Shown piece by piece: positions 16,329 to 26,132 of a DNA stretch of 64,000 nt. Each line of letters opens with the position of its first letter. The stretch's first letter is position 1. The notes below the pieces were generated by a model that made no database searches, had not been told where the DNA came from, and was given only the letters and a program-made list of their open reading frames with translations. Made by a program: the position numbers and the translations under genes. Origin of the DNA: a virus; the IMG/VR virus record IMGVR_UViG_3300029880_000008, positions 22,660 to 86,659 of that record; one strand, written 5' to 3'.

Positions 16329-16455
16329 TATTGTCGATATTTTATAGACGACATGTTGTAAGGACGACCTGACACGTGTTATCCTTCAGAAAGCCCCTGT
16401 TTATCGGGGGTTATCCTACACAATAACGGAAAATTAATATTATTATTGTACATAA

Positions 16456-18018
16456 ATGGAAAATGGTATTGCTATAGACACATTGCACGCTCAGCTGCTT
16501 GACCTTTCGAGGCATGACGAGTACGGCTTCGAAGAGCTCCGTTGTCAGGACTGGGGTAAGGCGAACTCTGAGAAGTACAACAAGCTGAAGTCCAATTTCA
16601 TCAGGTCCATGAGACGTCTGGCGAAGAAGGCTCCGGTGAAGTACTACAACGGTGCTTACTACATGTTTAACGGCAAGATATACGAAGCTGTTCCGAAGAT
16701 AGTCCTTGAGCAGGCTTACCAGCTGTTGCTTCTTGACCTGGCCATGGCTCCGATGCTCGGCATCAGTACGGTGATGAACAAGTCATTCATGGAGGTGATA
16801 GAGTGCTACAACATACTGAGACCTACATTCGATATCGTTGCATTCGCCAACGGAGTTGTTGACTTCGGCAGCGGGTTGAAGTATCCGAACGTTATGCCAT
16901 TCTCTCCCGAGTACCATGTCACATACTATCATCCTTACGACTACAATCCGAAGGCGAAGTGCGACAGGTGGATGAACTTCATCAAGGAGGTCCTTCCGGA
17001 CAGGACGTCAAGGATGATCCTACAGATGTTCCTTGGTCTCGGTCTCATACAGAGAGGTACTGCATACAATCCGTACGAGGGGAAGGAATCATCGAAGATT
17101 GAGCTCTGCCTTCTCCTTATAGGTACGGGAGCCAACGGAAAGAGCGTCATCTTCGACGTTGCCTGCAACATATTCGGCAAGGACAGGATAAGCAAGATGG
17201 ACTACGCTGACCTCACTGCCGACGGCGACGAGGGAATGAGGGGAAGGTATCCAATAAGGAACGCCATCTTCAACTGGTCTTCCGATTCCGACCCGAAGAA
17301 GTTCGGAAGGAAGAACACCGGTATGTTCAAGAGACTCGTGAGCGGTGAGCCCGTCCCGATGAGAAAGCTCGGCAGGGATATCCTGGAGGGGAACTCAATC
17401 CCCTACCTCATCTTCAACCTCAATGAGCTTCCGTTCCCAGACGATGCTTCGCTCGGATTCATCAGACGCTTGCAGTACGTGAGCTTCGATGTCACCATCC
17501 CTAAGGAGAGGCAGGACCCGGATCTTGCGAGCAAGATCATCCGTGAGGAGCTGAGCGGAGTGTTCAACTGGATATTCCGTGGCGCGATGGAGCTGAGGAG
17601 CAGGAAGTACAGGTTCCCGGCAGCTGAGGGCAGCAGGAGACAGCTGCTTATCTCCCTTCTCGGAAGCAATCCTATCTATGCCTGGATAAGGGCGTATGAT
17701 ATGAGGTGCAGCCAAGAGGCGAGGGGCGAGATTTCGGAATGCATGCTTGCCAAGGAGATGTACGAGAGATTCGTCGAGTTCTGCAAGGCCAACGATGTCG
17801 AGGAGAAGGATATCCCTACGATCCAGAAGTTCGGGCGTGATATGAGCGACAAGTACGGCTTCTTCAAGAAGAGGTCACAGGGCGGAATGACCTATCAGGT
17901 GTACGGCGCGCAGATGATTGACCTGAAGCAGGAGCTTCTCATCAATGACGTGAAGAATAAATTGCGTGGTGAGGAGGACATCAAGCAGCCTGAGAGCTTC
18001 ATTCAGCCTGATGATTAA
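16456..18018 (+). CDS. replicative SF3 helicase / primase-helicase, D5-P4 family
   Basis: 520 aa. The Walker A motif LLIGTGANGKSV and its surrounding context (CLLLIGTGANGKSVIFDVACNIFG) are typical of phage/plasmid primase P4-family C-terminal (D5 NTPase) domains. Confidence 0.8.
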   Translation: MENGIAIDTLHAQLLDLSRHDEYGFEELRCQDWGKANSEKYNKLKSNFIRSMRRLAKKAPVKYYNGAYYMFNGKIYEAVPKIVLEQAYQLLLLDLAMAPMLGISTVMNKSFMEVIECYNILRPTFDIVAFANGVVDFGSGLKYPNVMPFSPEYHVTYYHPYDYNPKAKCDRWMNFIKEVLPDRTSRMILQMFLGLGLIQRGTAYNPYEGKESSKIELCLLLIGTGANGKSVIFDVACNIFGKDRISKMDYADLTADGDEGMRGRYPIRNAIFNWSSDSDPKKFGRKNTGMFKRLVSGEPVPMRKLGRDILEGNSIPYLIFNLNELPFPDDASLGFIRRLQYVSFDVTIPKERQDPDLASKIIREELSGVFNWIFRGAMELRSRKYRFPAAEGSRRQLLISLLGSNPIYAWIRAYDMRCSQEARGEISECMLAKEMYERFVEFCKANDVEEKDIPTIQKFGRDMSDKYGFFKKRSQGGMTYQVYGAQMIDLKQELLINDVKNKLRGEEDIKQPESFIQPDD

Positions 18019-18038
18019 CGGTTATAAAACAGATTTCT

Positions 18039-18245
18039 ATGATAGACAAGGAATATATCAAGGAGATTATATCCCGTATCACGAAGAAGAAGGCTGATGG
18101 GAATATTGTTCCGGCCACCGCTTCGATGCAGGAGATTATGATTGCTGTCCGCGATGATGCCCTGGAGTGCATGAGGATCATGTGCAACGATAAGGAGATT
18201 GTGGTGAACAGAACGTTGAACAGTGTTTCATTCAAGTGCCTATGA
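18039..18245 (+). CDS. hypothetical protein (68 aa)
   Basis: ORF track. Its stop overlaps the next start (ATGA). Confidence 0.5.
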   Translation: MIDKEYIKEIISRITKKKADGNIVPATASMQEIMIAVRDDALECMRIMCNDKEIVVNRTLNSVSFKCL

Positions 18246-18463
18246 GAAGACATCACAATCCGAACAAGGTTCCACCGTTCAAGCCAGACCCCGAGCATTG
18301 GACTAGAAAGGTTCATTCATGGAAGGCGAAGGTCGTATACGAGACTGAGGATGATGCTTGGGAGTTTCTGAATCAGATTCCGAGGTTGAAGGCACTTGGC
18401 TGGCACCCTTACTTATGCAAGGTTTGCTCAAAGTGGCATATTGGTAGGTTACATAATAAATAG
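18242..18463 (+). CDS. small zinc-ribbon-like protein (73 aa)
   Basis: ORF-track 18236..18463 trimmed to an ATG that overlaps the upstream stop. C-terminus is HPYLCKVCSKWHIG. Confidence 0.5.
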   Translation: MRRHHNPNKVPPFKPDPEHWTRKVHSWKAKVVYETEDDAWEFLNQIPRLKALGWHPYLCKVCSKWHIGRLHNK

Positions 18464-18470
18464 TTGAGAT

Positions 18471-18932
18471 ATGGAAATTAGAGTTAACGTTTTAGGAAAG
18501 GTCTCATACATACAAGGAGAAAGTAGGGATAATAAGGCGAAAGCCGAACTATACACATCAGGAGAGGGTGTGTATGCTGTAATGGATGGAGACGATTTCG
18601 TGTGTCTAAGAGTTGTGTCTTCCAAGATTCATGATGATACAAAAGGCGATTATTATGCATGTGTAGAAGAAAACTGGACGCATGCAAAAATCGCAAACTC
18701 TATAAACGTTATAGAGCACGAAGAAAGATTGAAGGATTATATAGACAAGCGTTTCGGTGAGCTGCAATCAGCTATCGAAAACACGATGAGTAGTGCAGAT
18801 AGCATAAATGATGCAGTATGCTCTATAAAGAGTTCCATTGACAAGATAGAGAAAGATGGTGTTGGTAGTGGAAAAGGTATCAGCGAAAAGACATTGTTGT
18901 CTGCCATCGAGATTGTCTCCAAACAGAAATAG
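18471..18932 (+). CDS. hypothetical protein (153 aa)
   Basis: ORF track. The start context AAATAGTTGAGATATG is shared with the next gene. Confidence 0.6.
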   Translation: MEIRVNVLGKVSYIQGESRDNKAKAELYTSGEGVYAVMDGDDFVCLRVVSSKIHDDTKGDYYACVEENWTHAKIANSINVIEHEERLKDYIDKRFGELQSAIENTMSSADSINDAVCSIKSSIDKIEKDGVGSGKGISEKTLLSAIEIVSKQK

Positions 18933-18940
18933 TTGAGAAT

Positions 18941-19345
18941 ATGAAGAAGAAAGGATATTACGAATACGACCCTGTTATCTATCCGAGATTGTTATGTGTC
19001 GCTATTGGCATGAGCCAAGAAGACGCTAATAAGTGTTTTGAAGGTAGAGATGGCGAGGTTTTGAAGGTTGATTTCTCTAATTCTGACGCAATAACCTACG
19101 ATACAGTTAGAGAAAAGGAGAATAAGAGGCTTTGTTCATTTATTAATTTTGCAAGCAAGGATTCTATGAGAATGGGAGTTTGTTGTCATGAGGCTTCTCA
19201 CGCATGCGATGTCATCGAGGATGATATTGGTATGGAACATGGCGGCGAGCCTTCTGCCTATCTGATAGGTTGGATTGCGTCTTGCATCAACAAGGCTCGT
19301 TTGGGTATTGGTGATTTTGTTGAAATTAAAGATAAGGAGGAATAG
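18941..19345 (+). CDS. small putative zinc metallopeptidase-like protein (HExxH)
   Basis: 134 aa with the motif CCHEASHACDVIEDDIGMEHGGEPS (HEASH = HExxH plus downstream acidic residues). Family not identified. Confidence 0.5.
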   Translation: MKKKGYYEYDPVIYPRLLCVAIGMSQEDANKCFEGRDGEVLKVDFSNSDAITYDTVREKENKRLCSFINFASKDSMRMGVCCHEASHACDVIEDDIGMEHGGEPSAYLIGWIASCINKARLGIGDFVEIKDKEE

Positions 19346-19348
19346 CTT

Positions 19349-19675
19349 ATGGATAAAAACGAGAAATTAAAACTTGGTGACATTTGCCTTGCGCCAAAAG
19401 AGTTTTTTATAAATAATTCCGATGGAAAGCTAAAGCAGAAAATAGAAAGTTATGCGGAAGTCAGAAAAGATGGCATGGTTATGTGCGCGGTTGTTGAGGA
19501 TGTAAATTCAGTTTTCCCCAATGAATCATTATATACAATCGCTGTGAAACAAAAACAATTTGCACCTCCAATTAGGGTTTGTGTCAGTAAGGATTATAAC
19601 CTTGATTGTTTTGAATTGCTTTCTGAAAAAGAGATGAAAGTTGCTGGTTTACTTTGGTTTTGTTATGGTGTTTAA
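19349..19675 (+). CDS. hypothetical protein (108 aa)
   Basis: ORF track. The SD-like AAGGAGGAATAGCTTATG lies upstream. Confidence 0.6.
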   Translation: MDKNEKLKLGDICLAPKEFFINNSDGKLKQKIESYAEVRKDGMVMCAVVEDVNSVFPNESLYTIAVKQKQFAPPIRVCVSKDYNLDCFELLSEKEMKVAGLLWFCYGV

Positions 19676-19693
19676 TATAGAAGGAAATAGCTT

Positions 19694-20362
19694 ATGATTA
19701 AGAAAGAAGATATTAAGATAGGATTAGAGTTTGCTCTTCCGTTCAGAGTGAGAGAATACGAAGAAGAGGTGGAAAGATTTCGTCATTATCAAATAATGGG
19801 CGAAGACTACCCTGTATTCCCAATGTACAAAACAGATTTAGAGATTCGTGGTGGATTTAAAATCATTACAACCCCAACCCGTCCTATTTTTAAGGTTATA
19901 GATAGTCCGATTTGGTGTTTTATTCCTTCCATTGACAATTCTTGTTGTTTATTTGTAAAAGTAACTTGTGACGAGATTAAAAACGAGGTCTTCATGCTTT
20001 CAGTTAAAGATATTATGAAACGTGGAGAAATTTTGAATAAAGAAAATCTTGAACCAAAGATACACGAGTGTTCATCTGCTGAAGATGCTAAAACATTCAA
20101 GTCTATCACCGACAAGATGAGTGATACCTACAAGCGTAAGAATCACGATTATGGGAATGCTTTTTCCGAAATGTATGATGAGCTTGGTATCAACTACGGC
20201 TACGGAAAGATACGAGAGAAGGTGAATCGCATCAAGACGCTGAAGGACAATGAGGCGCAAGTTGCTAATGAACCATTGGAAGATGCTCTTCTTGACTGCG
20301 CTAACTATTGTATCTTGACATTGATGGAATATCAAAAACGTAAGGAACATGGAACAGACTGA
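19694..20362 (+). CDS. protein with C-terminal DUF1599-like (Nmad1, all-alpha NTP-pyrophosphohydrolase-like) domain
   Basis: The C-terminus KRKNHDYGNAFSEMYDELG...GKIREKVNRIKTL...EPLEDALLDCANYCILTLME matches my recollection of the DUF1599 signature (DYG..f......K..Ri..l...E...D.l.D..NY). Confidence 0.6.
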   Translation: MIKKEDIKIGLEFALPFRVREYEEEVERFRHYQIMGEDYPVFPMYKTDLEIRGGFKIITTPTRPIFKVIDSPIWCFIPSIDNSCCLFVKVTCDEIKNEVFMLSVKDIMKRGEILNKENLEPKIHECSSAEDAKTFKSITDKMSDTYKRKNHDYGNAFSEMYDELGINYGYGKIREKVNRIKTLKDNEAQVANEPLEDALLDCANYCILTLMEYQKRKEHGTD

Positions 20363-20492
20363 TTACACTTGCAAGGATTGCTTTTTCTTCAAGAATGGAG
20401 CTTGTAACCACCCTAATGAGATTAGGTTTACTTCTGAGGAGAATCCATCTTGCACAGATTTCGAGTATAAGGAAATAAAAGTTGAACTTTAA
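20349..20492 (+). CDS. small Cys-rich protein (47 aa)
   Basis: Hand translation: MEQTDYTCKDCFFFKNGACNHPNEIRFTSEENPSCTDFEYKEIKVEL. It overlaps the end of the upstream gene and falls below the ORF-track cutoff. Confidence 0.35.
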   Translation: MEQTDYTCKDCFFFKNGACNHPNEIRFTSEENPSCTDFEYKEIKVEL

Positions 20493-20504
20493 AATATTGT
20501 TATC

Positions 20505-21056
20505 ATGGCATTACCATTTGGAAAGACTATCAAGACAAGACACTTCACCGTGCTGAAGTTCAGCAAGAGCTTGTCTAAGAAAGAAGTTGCTTCACTCAGA
20601 GAGGATATTCCTGCTGAGATCAAGAAGCATTTACAGAGAGGTTCGCTGCCTTTCATTAAGATTGCTAACATTGCCGGAACATGGGGAATCGAGTACTCTA
20701 TCGGTACATCAATGTATGCTGCACTCGATGAATGTGTTCCTGTGGCTGTAGGAGACCATTATGAGTTCTCCAAGGATGATGGAAACATCATCGAGGCATT
20801 TGCCCAGCTTATGTATGCGGATACATCGTTGCCTGGCGATGCAGAATACACGGCAGGTAAGTTGAAACTCCGTGACGAATACATTTCTCGTGAGGCTGCA
20901 AGAAGAAACGCTGCTGCCGACGAGGGTAAGACAGAAGAGCAGCTTCGCAAGGAGAGCGATGAGGCCGTACAGGAAGTCATCGACCGCGATAAGCACGCCG
21001 AGACTATTCTTAAGATGGCAGAGCAGATTAAGAAGGAAGGAGGCAAGGATGAGTGA
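20505..21056 (+). CDS. hypothetical protein (183 aa)
   Basis: ORF track. No family recognised. Confidence 0.6.
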   Translation: MALPFGKTIKTRHFTVLKFSKSLSKKEVASLREDIPAEIKKHLQRGSLPFIKIANIAGTWGIEYSIGTSMYAALDECVPVAVGDHYEFSKDDGNIIEAFAQLMYADTSLPGDAEYTAGKLKLRDEYISREAARRNAAADEGKTEEQLRKESDEAVQEVIDRDKHAETILKMAEQIKKEGGKDE

Positions 21057-21240
21057 TAAATTGCTTGAGGTCGTTCAAGACCATACTTCCCTAGTACAGG
21101 CACTTCAGCTCGTTTTGGAGGCCGCAGAGACGAAGAAACTGCCATCATACGGCATTCTTCCTATGTTTAACGACCCTCTTCTTGATGATCAGGTAATAAC
21201 TGCGCTTGAGCTCATCACTGGAGAGAAGTATCCTGATTGA
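21049..21240 (+). CDS. hypothetical protein (63 aa)
   Basis: This is the internal ATG of ORF-track 20872..21240 (MSDKLLEVVQDH...), preceded by GAAGGAAGGAGGCAAGG. It overlaps the upstream stop. Confidence 0.5.
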   Translation: MSDKLLEVVQDHTSLVQALQLVLEAAETKKLPSYGILPMFNDPLLDDQVITALELITGEKYPD

Positions 21241-21269
21241 ATTTATATTTTTCTTCTACTTTCATAATA

Positions 21270-21360
21270 TAAAAGTGAGGGGTGGCATCTGTGAAGACAC
21301 CACCCCTCGTAACCAATTAAACAGAATTACGAACAGCAGAACGAATCTGTGAACGTATAT
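21270..21360 (-). ncRNA. speculative ~90-nt small RNA carrying the complement of the TAACCAA...GAATTATG leader
   Basis: A minus-strand box GTACCTTTGCA (21368-21375) lies upstream and the terminator hairpin 21277-21308 plus TTTTAT lies downstream, with no ORF between them. The plus strand reads GTAACCAATTAAACAGAATTACG (21309-21331). This could alternatively be a decayed plus-oriented leader unit. Confidence 0.25.
21277..21308 (-). terminator. intrinsic terminator of the leftward packaging operon
   Basis: GAGGGGTGG-14 nt-CCACCCCTC. In minus sense it is followed by ACTTTTATATTAT. Confidence 0.6.
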
Positions 21361-21427
21361 CTGTTTGCAAAGGTACTTGGTTTTGCAGAAATTCTAGTAA
21401 AACAAAGTTACTTTAACACGAATTTAA

Positions 21428-21973
21428 CTATTTCTTCTTCTTTTGAAAGGTCGCCTGGCCATTTTTGAAGATAATGCAGTCCTCGCAGCATCGAGGCATT
21501 GATAGAGGAATGTAGTAGTGGACCACATTATTTTCTGTATCAATTTCGTCCTGCTTAATCTTAGAGTAGTCGGCTATCATGGCAGTTGTCTTTTGCCACT
21601 CTGGAGAGCCAAACTTCTGCTTGCGCTGAGCGATAACGAGGTTTCTCAGAATCTCTTCCTTCGAGGTAGCCTTAATAAGTTCCTCCTGGGTGAGTTCATC
21701 GGCGTTCTCGTTCTTCGCTTTCTTGCCCTGAACCTCTGCTATTCTCTTCTGAACAGACTCTAAAGACTCTAGCTTGTTCATCTCTCGTTCCAGAACGTCT
21801 TTTGTCCAGTTGAATCCTTCTCCCTGGAAGGAAATCGCCCAACAATCCCTCATTGGCATACCTGAGCCACGGAGACTTGCATAGATGTAATAGCGAGGGT
21901 CTTTCATACCGAGAGCCTTCGCCTTCTTGTATGTATCGACGGATAATGTGTATCCTTTTGTTTCTTCAATCAT
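21428..21973 (-). CDS. hypothetical protein (181 aa) at the distal end of the packaging operon
   Basis: ORF-track 21428..22156 trimmed to the ATG (MIEETKGY), 4 nt after the stop of the MuF-like gene. C-terminus is Cys-rich. Function unknown. Confidence 0.6.
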   Translation of the reverse strand: MIEETKGYTLSVDTYKKAKALGMKDPRYYIYASLRGSGMPMRDCWAISFQGEGFNWTKDVLEREMNKLESLESVQKRIAEVQGKKAKNENADELTQEELIKATSKEEILRNLVIAQRKQKFGSPEWQKTTAMIADYSKIKQDEIDTENNVVHYYIPLSMPRCCEDCIIFKNGQATFQKKKK

Positions 21974-21977
21974 AGTC

Positions 21978-22754
21978 TTATTTCTTTTTATTATTCTTGA
22001 ACGCAAATACTGTGTAGCAACAACACGAAACGTGAAATGGCGGATATGGATCTTTGAAAGAGTGGATGCCAGCGTCGGCTTCATTTTGACAAATATCGCA
22101 CGGATAACTGCTCCCTCTCTTGACGTAGAACCCGATAGCCTTGTTCTCCTGCCCATACTCCTGCTCTGCCTGTCCCCATGCTAAGGCAATCACCTGAGAG
22201 GCGTTTCTTACAATGTTCTGATAGGCGTTCTTGTAGTAGCCCTTTCCGTAAGAAGGAACATCGATGTTGATATCCTTTCTCTTCGCTTTGGTGATAACTG
22301 ATGTGTGATATGGGTCCTTGTAGCCGGTTCGGATAGAAGATAGGAGCTGCTGGTCTGAATATCCCATAAGAGTACCCGCCTTGATCATCCTTACAATATC
22401 TTCAGCAAAGTTTCCGAGATAGACAGCGTTTCTTTCAGATGTCGTCTTTCCGTAGATGTCGCTGACGAGAAATGATTCTATATTCTCGCTGTCAATCCCG
22501 AGAATCTTGCACGAAGCCTTGGAGTAAGCAGAGATGTAGCTATTGATACTCTCCTCTGCATCAGCAGTAACATTCTTGGCGTAAGAGAGCAGGGCTGACT
22601 CGTTTGTGAGCCTGCCCGCACCTCTGTATCGCTTACTTGCGGCAATTATTTTCTGTGTCGATTTCCAGAGAATATCTGCAACATGGTCCTCGCAGTTTCG
22701 GATTGCCTGCAAGCGCTTCCTGCTGTAATCGACAGAACGTTTTAACTCATCCAT
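21978..22754 (-). CDS. head morphogenesis protein, SPP1 gp7 / Mu F-like
   Basis: It sits directly after the portal gene. The C-terminal signature SSYPCDICQNEADAGIHSFKDPYPPFHVSCCCY matches the conserved C..C...PP.H..C.C of the Phage_Mu_F family. Confidence 0.8.
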   Translation of the reverse strand: MDELKRSVDYSRKRLQAIRNCEDHVADILWKSTQKIIAASKRYRGAGRLTNESALLSYAKNVTADAEESINSYISAYSKASCKILGIDSENIESFLVSDIYGKTTSERNAVYLGNFAEDIVRMIKAGTLMGYSDQQLLSSIRTGYKDPYHTSVITKAKRKDINIDVPSYGKGYYKNAYQNIVRNASQVIALAWGQAEQEYGQENKAIGFYVKRGSSYPCDICQNEADAGIHSFKDPYPPFHVSCCCYTVFAFKNNKKK

Positions 22755-22760
22755 AAGCTA

Positions 22761-24488
22761 TTAATGAGTTTGATTGTATTTTTTCCAATTATTCTCTTGA
22801 GGCTTGTTTCCCCATTTATCGGTGTTCTTACCCTCACTAGGTCTTCCTGCCTTCCTGCCATTACCGGTACGAACGTTACCATTGTCTCCGTTCTGAATCC
22901 TCGCAGTAGCTTCCTGCTCCTCGATGGCATTCTCTGTCTCATTATCCGCACGCTGAATATCCATGAGTAGGTCCTGCTGATCCTCTTCCTTCTTTTCTCG
23001 TAAGATACGCTCCCACTCGGCATTCTTAGGAAAATCAGGACAACGCTCCGATGCAGTCTGCTTCGATAGGAATCCGTTCTGAACGGCAGTTGCAAGATTT
23101 GTAAGAAGTTCAGTTTTATTCTGATGAGTATAAGGCTCTATCCAAGCATTGATGTCGAGACCAACAATAGAAGCCGTCGCATTGTTTTCGTGGCCGATTC
23201 CAAACTTGGCAATTTCTACCAGCTTATCAAGGAATGGCTGCAACTTCTGGGAATCATTCATAGCTACCTCCAATGCAGGAGAATAAAGAAGCTTGATAGC
23301 TACACCAGGGAGGTCTCCTGACTTCAGCTCAGGAGGCTTTACGGTAAATGACAGCTCATAGATGAGGTCATACGACTTGTTGAGCTGGGTCGCAAAAGCT
23401 TCTGATGCATCGGTTCCATTGAGGAATCCTGCATCGTTATCCTTGCTGTTCATAGCGATAACCTTTGCAGCTCCAGTCATATCGTCGCCAGAAATGGTAA
23501 TCTCCTCACCGTCACCCTTTACGTAGAATACAGGAAAAGCATACGCTTTGTTATTCTCGCATAGGTACGAGAATGCCTCCTCGTAATCTTCGATGTTCTT
23601 CTGAACATTGGACCAGCATGGTCCCTCATCATTTCTGATGTATGCAACCGGAATTGAATTGAAGTGATGTTCTTTCTTTTCGGCAAGAGCATATCCGTTC
23701 ATTCCGAACAATCCCTTAATGAGGTTCGCTGCCTTCTTAGTTACGCTCTTTTTACCAACATCATTTCTGAACCTATAATAATAGGTATCATCCCAGACCT
23801 CAACCCACTCAATCTGAGCGTTTCCGTCTTCATCCAAGTCGTAATACTTACGGGCGAATACAGAGAGTTCTCCTGTTATTGAATCGTAATGCGGGTAGAG
23901 ATAGTCTCCATTCTTGAATGACAGGACCTTAACTCCGAACTTTCCTTTATCGATATAGCCGACTGCGGCGGTTTCTGCAACGATCATGTAAGAGCTTACC
24001 GCTTCAAAGAACGCAATCTCCATATTGTGCATAAGCCATCCCTTCTTGAAGACATTGAGGTTCTTCTGGGATTCCTCTTCCTCTTCAAGCTCATCTGTGC
24101 TGTCTGCAAGCTCGAACTGAATATCGTTTCCGGTTAGGTGCAAGGTGTGTTTTGTTGCGATAACCTGTTGGAAAGCAAATGCGCATCTTGTAATAGGCTG
24201 CAAGTAATAATGATTGCCGGTAGAAGGATCTTTCGGGTCCCAATCAGGATTCTCCTTGATTATATCCGGATACGCATTCTTGTCCCAGATTCTGTGTCCG
24301 CTTGTGAAGTACTCACGAAGGAAGTCGGACTGGGTTTTTACTCTCCATACACAAGGGTCGTAAGGCATATTCTGCATACTCCTATCACCAACCTTGTCGG
24401 AGAAAGTGCCATGACTCATGTATCCGTCAGGCTTAAGCTCGTAGAATGGCTTCTTTACGAGTATTTCTCTAAAATTTAAATTCTCCAT
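22761..24488 (-). CDS. portal protein
   Basis: 575 aa. Its start overlaps the TerL stop, it is followed by the MuF-like gene, and its C-terminus is acidic/basic. The call rests on size and synteny. Confidence 0.75.
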   Translation of the reverse strand: MENLNFREILVKKPFYELKPDGYMSHGTFSDKVGDRSMQNMPYDPCVWRVKTQSDFLREYFTSGHRIWDKNAYPDIIKENPDWDPKDPSTGNHYYLQPITRCAFAFQQVIATKHTLHLTGNDIQFELADSTDELEEEEESQKNLNVFKKGWLMHNMEIAFFEAVSSYMIVAETAAVGYIDKGKFGVKVLSFKNGDYLYPHYDSITGELSVFARKYYDLDEDGNAQIEWVEVWDDTYYYRFRNDVGKKSVTKKAANLIKGLFGMNGYALAEKKEHHFNSIPVAYIRNDEGPCWSNVQKNIEDYEEAFSYLCENNKAYAFPVFYVKGDGEEITISGDDMTGAAKVIAMNSKDNDAGFLNGTDASEAFATQLNKSYDLIYELSFTVKPPELKSGDLPGVAIKLLYSPALEVAMNDSQKLQPFLDKLVEIAKFGIGHENNATASIVGLDINAWIEPYTHQNKTELLTNLATAVQNGFLSKQTASERCPDFPKNAEWERILREKKEEDQQDLLMDIQRADNETENAIEEQEATARIQNGDNGNVRTGNGRKAGRPSEGKNTDKWGNKPQENNWKKYNQTH

Positions 24489-26113
24489 AATCCTTTTACC
24501 TTTTTATGTTTCTTTTTTGTTAAACTGAATATCATTACGTAGAACCAAGACTCAAAGAAGTCAGGCGAGTGCCCGACATATTTCTTGGCAATCTTCTTAG
24601 GTAATAGCTTGAATCCCATATCGTCGCTGTTCTCGTCGCGCCGAAGCATCTTTCTCTCCTTCTGAAGAATCTGTCTGAGAGAGACCTTGTCGAATCCGTT
24701 TCCAGAATACTTTCTTTCGAGTAGGGACGAGTCGATGGAAATCTGCTTCTCCTTTATCATCTTATAGAATAACCACGCACACTGAGACTTCAAATCCTTA
24801 TATAGGTATTTGATTCCTTCTTCTTCCTGATGATTCTGAGGTATAGGCGCTGCCTGGTTGTTAAATGGGACGGCATCCTTGAAGAATCCCTTGAAGTACT
24901 GACCTATGCCCTGCATATCGTAAGTGAAGTTACATTCCTCAACGCCCCACTCTCTCAGCTTAGCCTCAACTACAGAAACAAGTGTCTTAGGGTCCAGCCT
25001 CAGAACAACCAAGTCTTTGCAGTGCCATCCTTCCCAGAGCCACATCACGAAGTTGTCGCCGCCCGTGAATGCAACATCGGCAGAAGCTCTGCGCTTTCCG
25101 TCTCCTGTCTGTTCGGAGTTATCGAATATTTCTTCAAGGTCTTCCATTTTGATCATGTCATCGCCGGCAGCTTTCCAGTTCCAGTTGGCTTCGAGGTCTC
25201 GCATACGCTGTTCCTCGTCCTGCTGTGCAAGGTTGGCGATATACGAAGCATCGGTGGAGATGAGCTTGATGTTCTCTGATACATCGGCGCGGATGAATGT
25301 TGCCGACTTGATGAACATTTCGAGCTTTGTGTATCCAAGCTCCTCGTAGCTGTCCTTCCAAAGACTATCGATGATGCCCTTGCACTGCTCGTAAACCTCT
25401 TCTCTTGTGTCGCCCCAGTAGATTGAGTCCGGCGTATCTCCATCCATAAAGCAGTATCGGATAACTCCGTCTCGCTCCGGTATGATGTAACCATTCTCGT
25501 CAACCCACCAGTCGATGAACTTTCGTACCCATGATTCCGGGTCAGGGTTACATGTAATCCAGAAGCGGTTACGGATATGTGCTGCATTTCGGTTGTTGGT
25601 CAAGAGATACTTGAACTTCTTATATGGGCACTGAGTACCCTCATCGATGCAGACATACGCATACTGTCGCCCCTGGAATCTTGTCTTGAAATCCTGATAG
25701 GCTCCTGCATAGTATGAGAACTTAAGCCACCCTCCGTTATCGAAGTTCCAGGTCATGTCGTTTTGTGACTTATTGTAAGTTCCGAATTGGGAGAACAATT
25801 TGTAAGAGTCTGTTACTAAGGATTGTAAGTCATCTTTTTCGTTACGAAGGATAGTTGCATGAAAGTCCGGATTTTTGATATCCTTCAAAACTTCCATAAG
25901 AGAAGAGAAGGATTTTGAGCCACCTCGTGAGCCTCCAACTATCTTAATATCAGCATCAATAGATAGCATACGCTCCTGACCGCCACGCTGAGCAATAATC
26001 TTCAGCTTGTCGGGATGCTTCTTGTCGGTGTCTCGTAGAGACTGGATATACTCTTGAGTGTAAATCGGCTCTCCGTTATCCAATTTTAATCCTGAATAAA
26101 TCTCATTTTGCAT
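24476..26113 (-). CDS. terL: terminase large subunit
   Basis: 545 aa. Walker A IVGGSRGGSKSF and Walker B YAYVCIDEGTQ are present, with a C-terminal nuclease-sized domain. It is the first gene of the leftward operon. Confidence 0.9.
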   Translation of the reverse strand: MQNEIYSGLKLDNGEPIYTQEYIQSLRDTDKKHPDKLKIIAQRGGQERMLSIDADIKIVGGSRGGSKSFSSLMEVLKDIKNPDFHATILRNEKDDLQSLVTDSYKLFSQFGTYNKSQNDMTWNFDNGGWLKFSYYAGAYQDFKTRFQGRQYAYVCIDEGTQCPYKKFKYLLTNNRNAAHIRNRFWITCNPDPESWVRKFIDWWVDENGYIIPERDGVIRYCFMDGDTPDSIYWGDTREEVYEQCKGIIDSLWKDSYEELGYTKLEMFIKSATFIRADVSENIKLISTDASYIANLAQQDEEQRMRDLEANWNWKAAGDDMIKMEDLEEIFDNSEQTGDGKRRASADVAFTGGDNFVMWLWEGWHCKDLVVLRLDPKTLVSVVEAKLREWGVEECNFTYDMQGIGQYFKGFFKDAVPFNNQAAPIPQNHQEEEGIKYLYKDLKSQCAWLFYKMIKEKQISIDSSLLERKYSGNGFDKVSLRQILQKERKMLRRDENSDDMGFKLLPKKIAKKYVGHSPDFFESWFYVMIFSLTKKKHKKVKGLWRI

Positions 26114-26132
26114 AAATATACATTTAATACTG

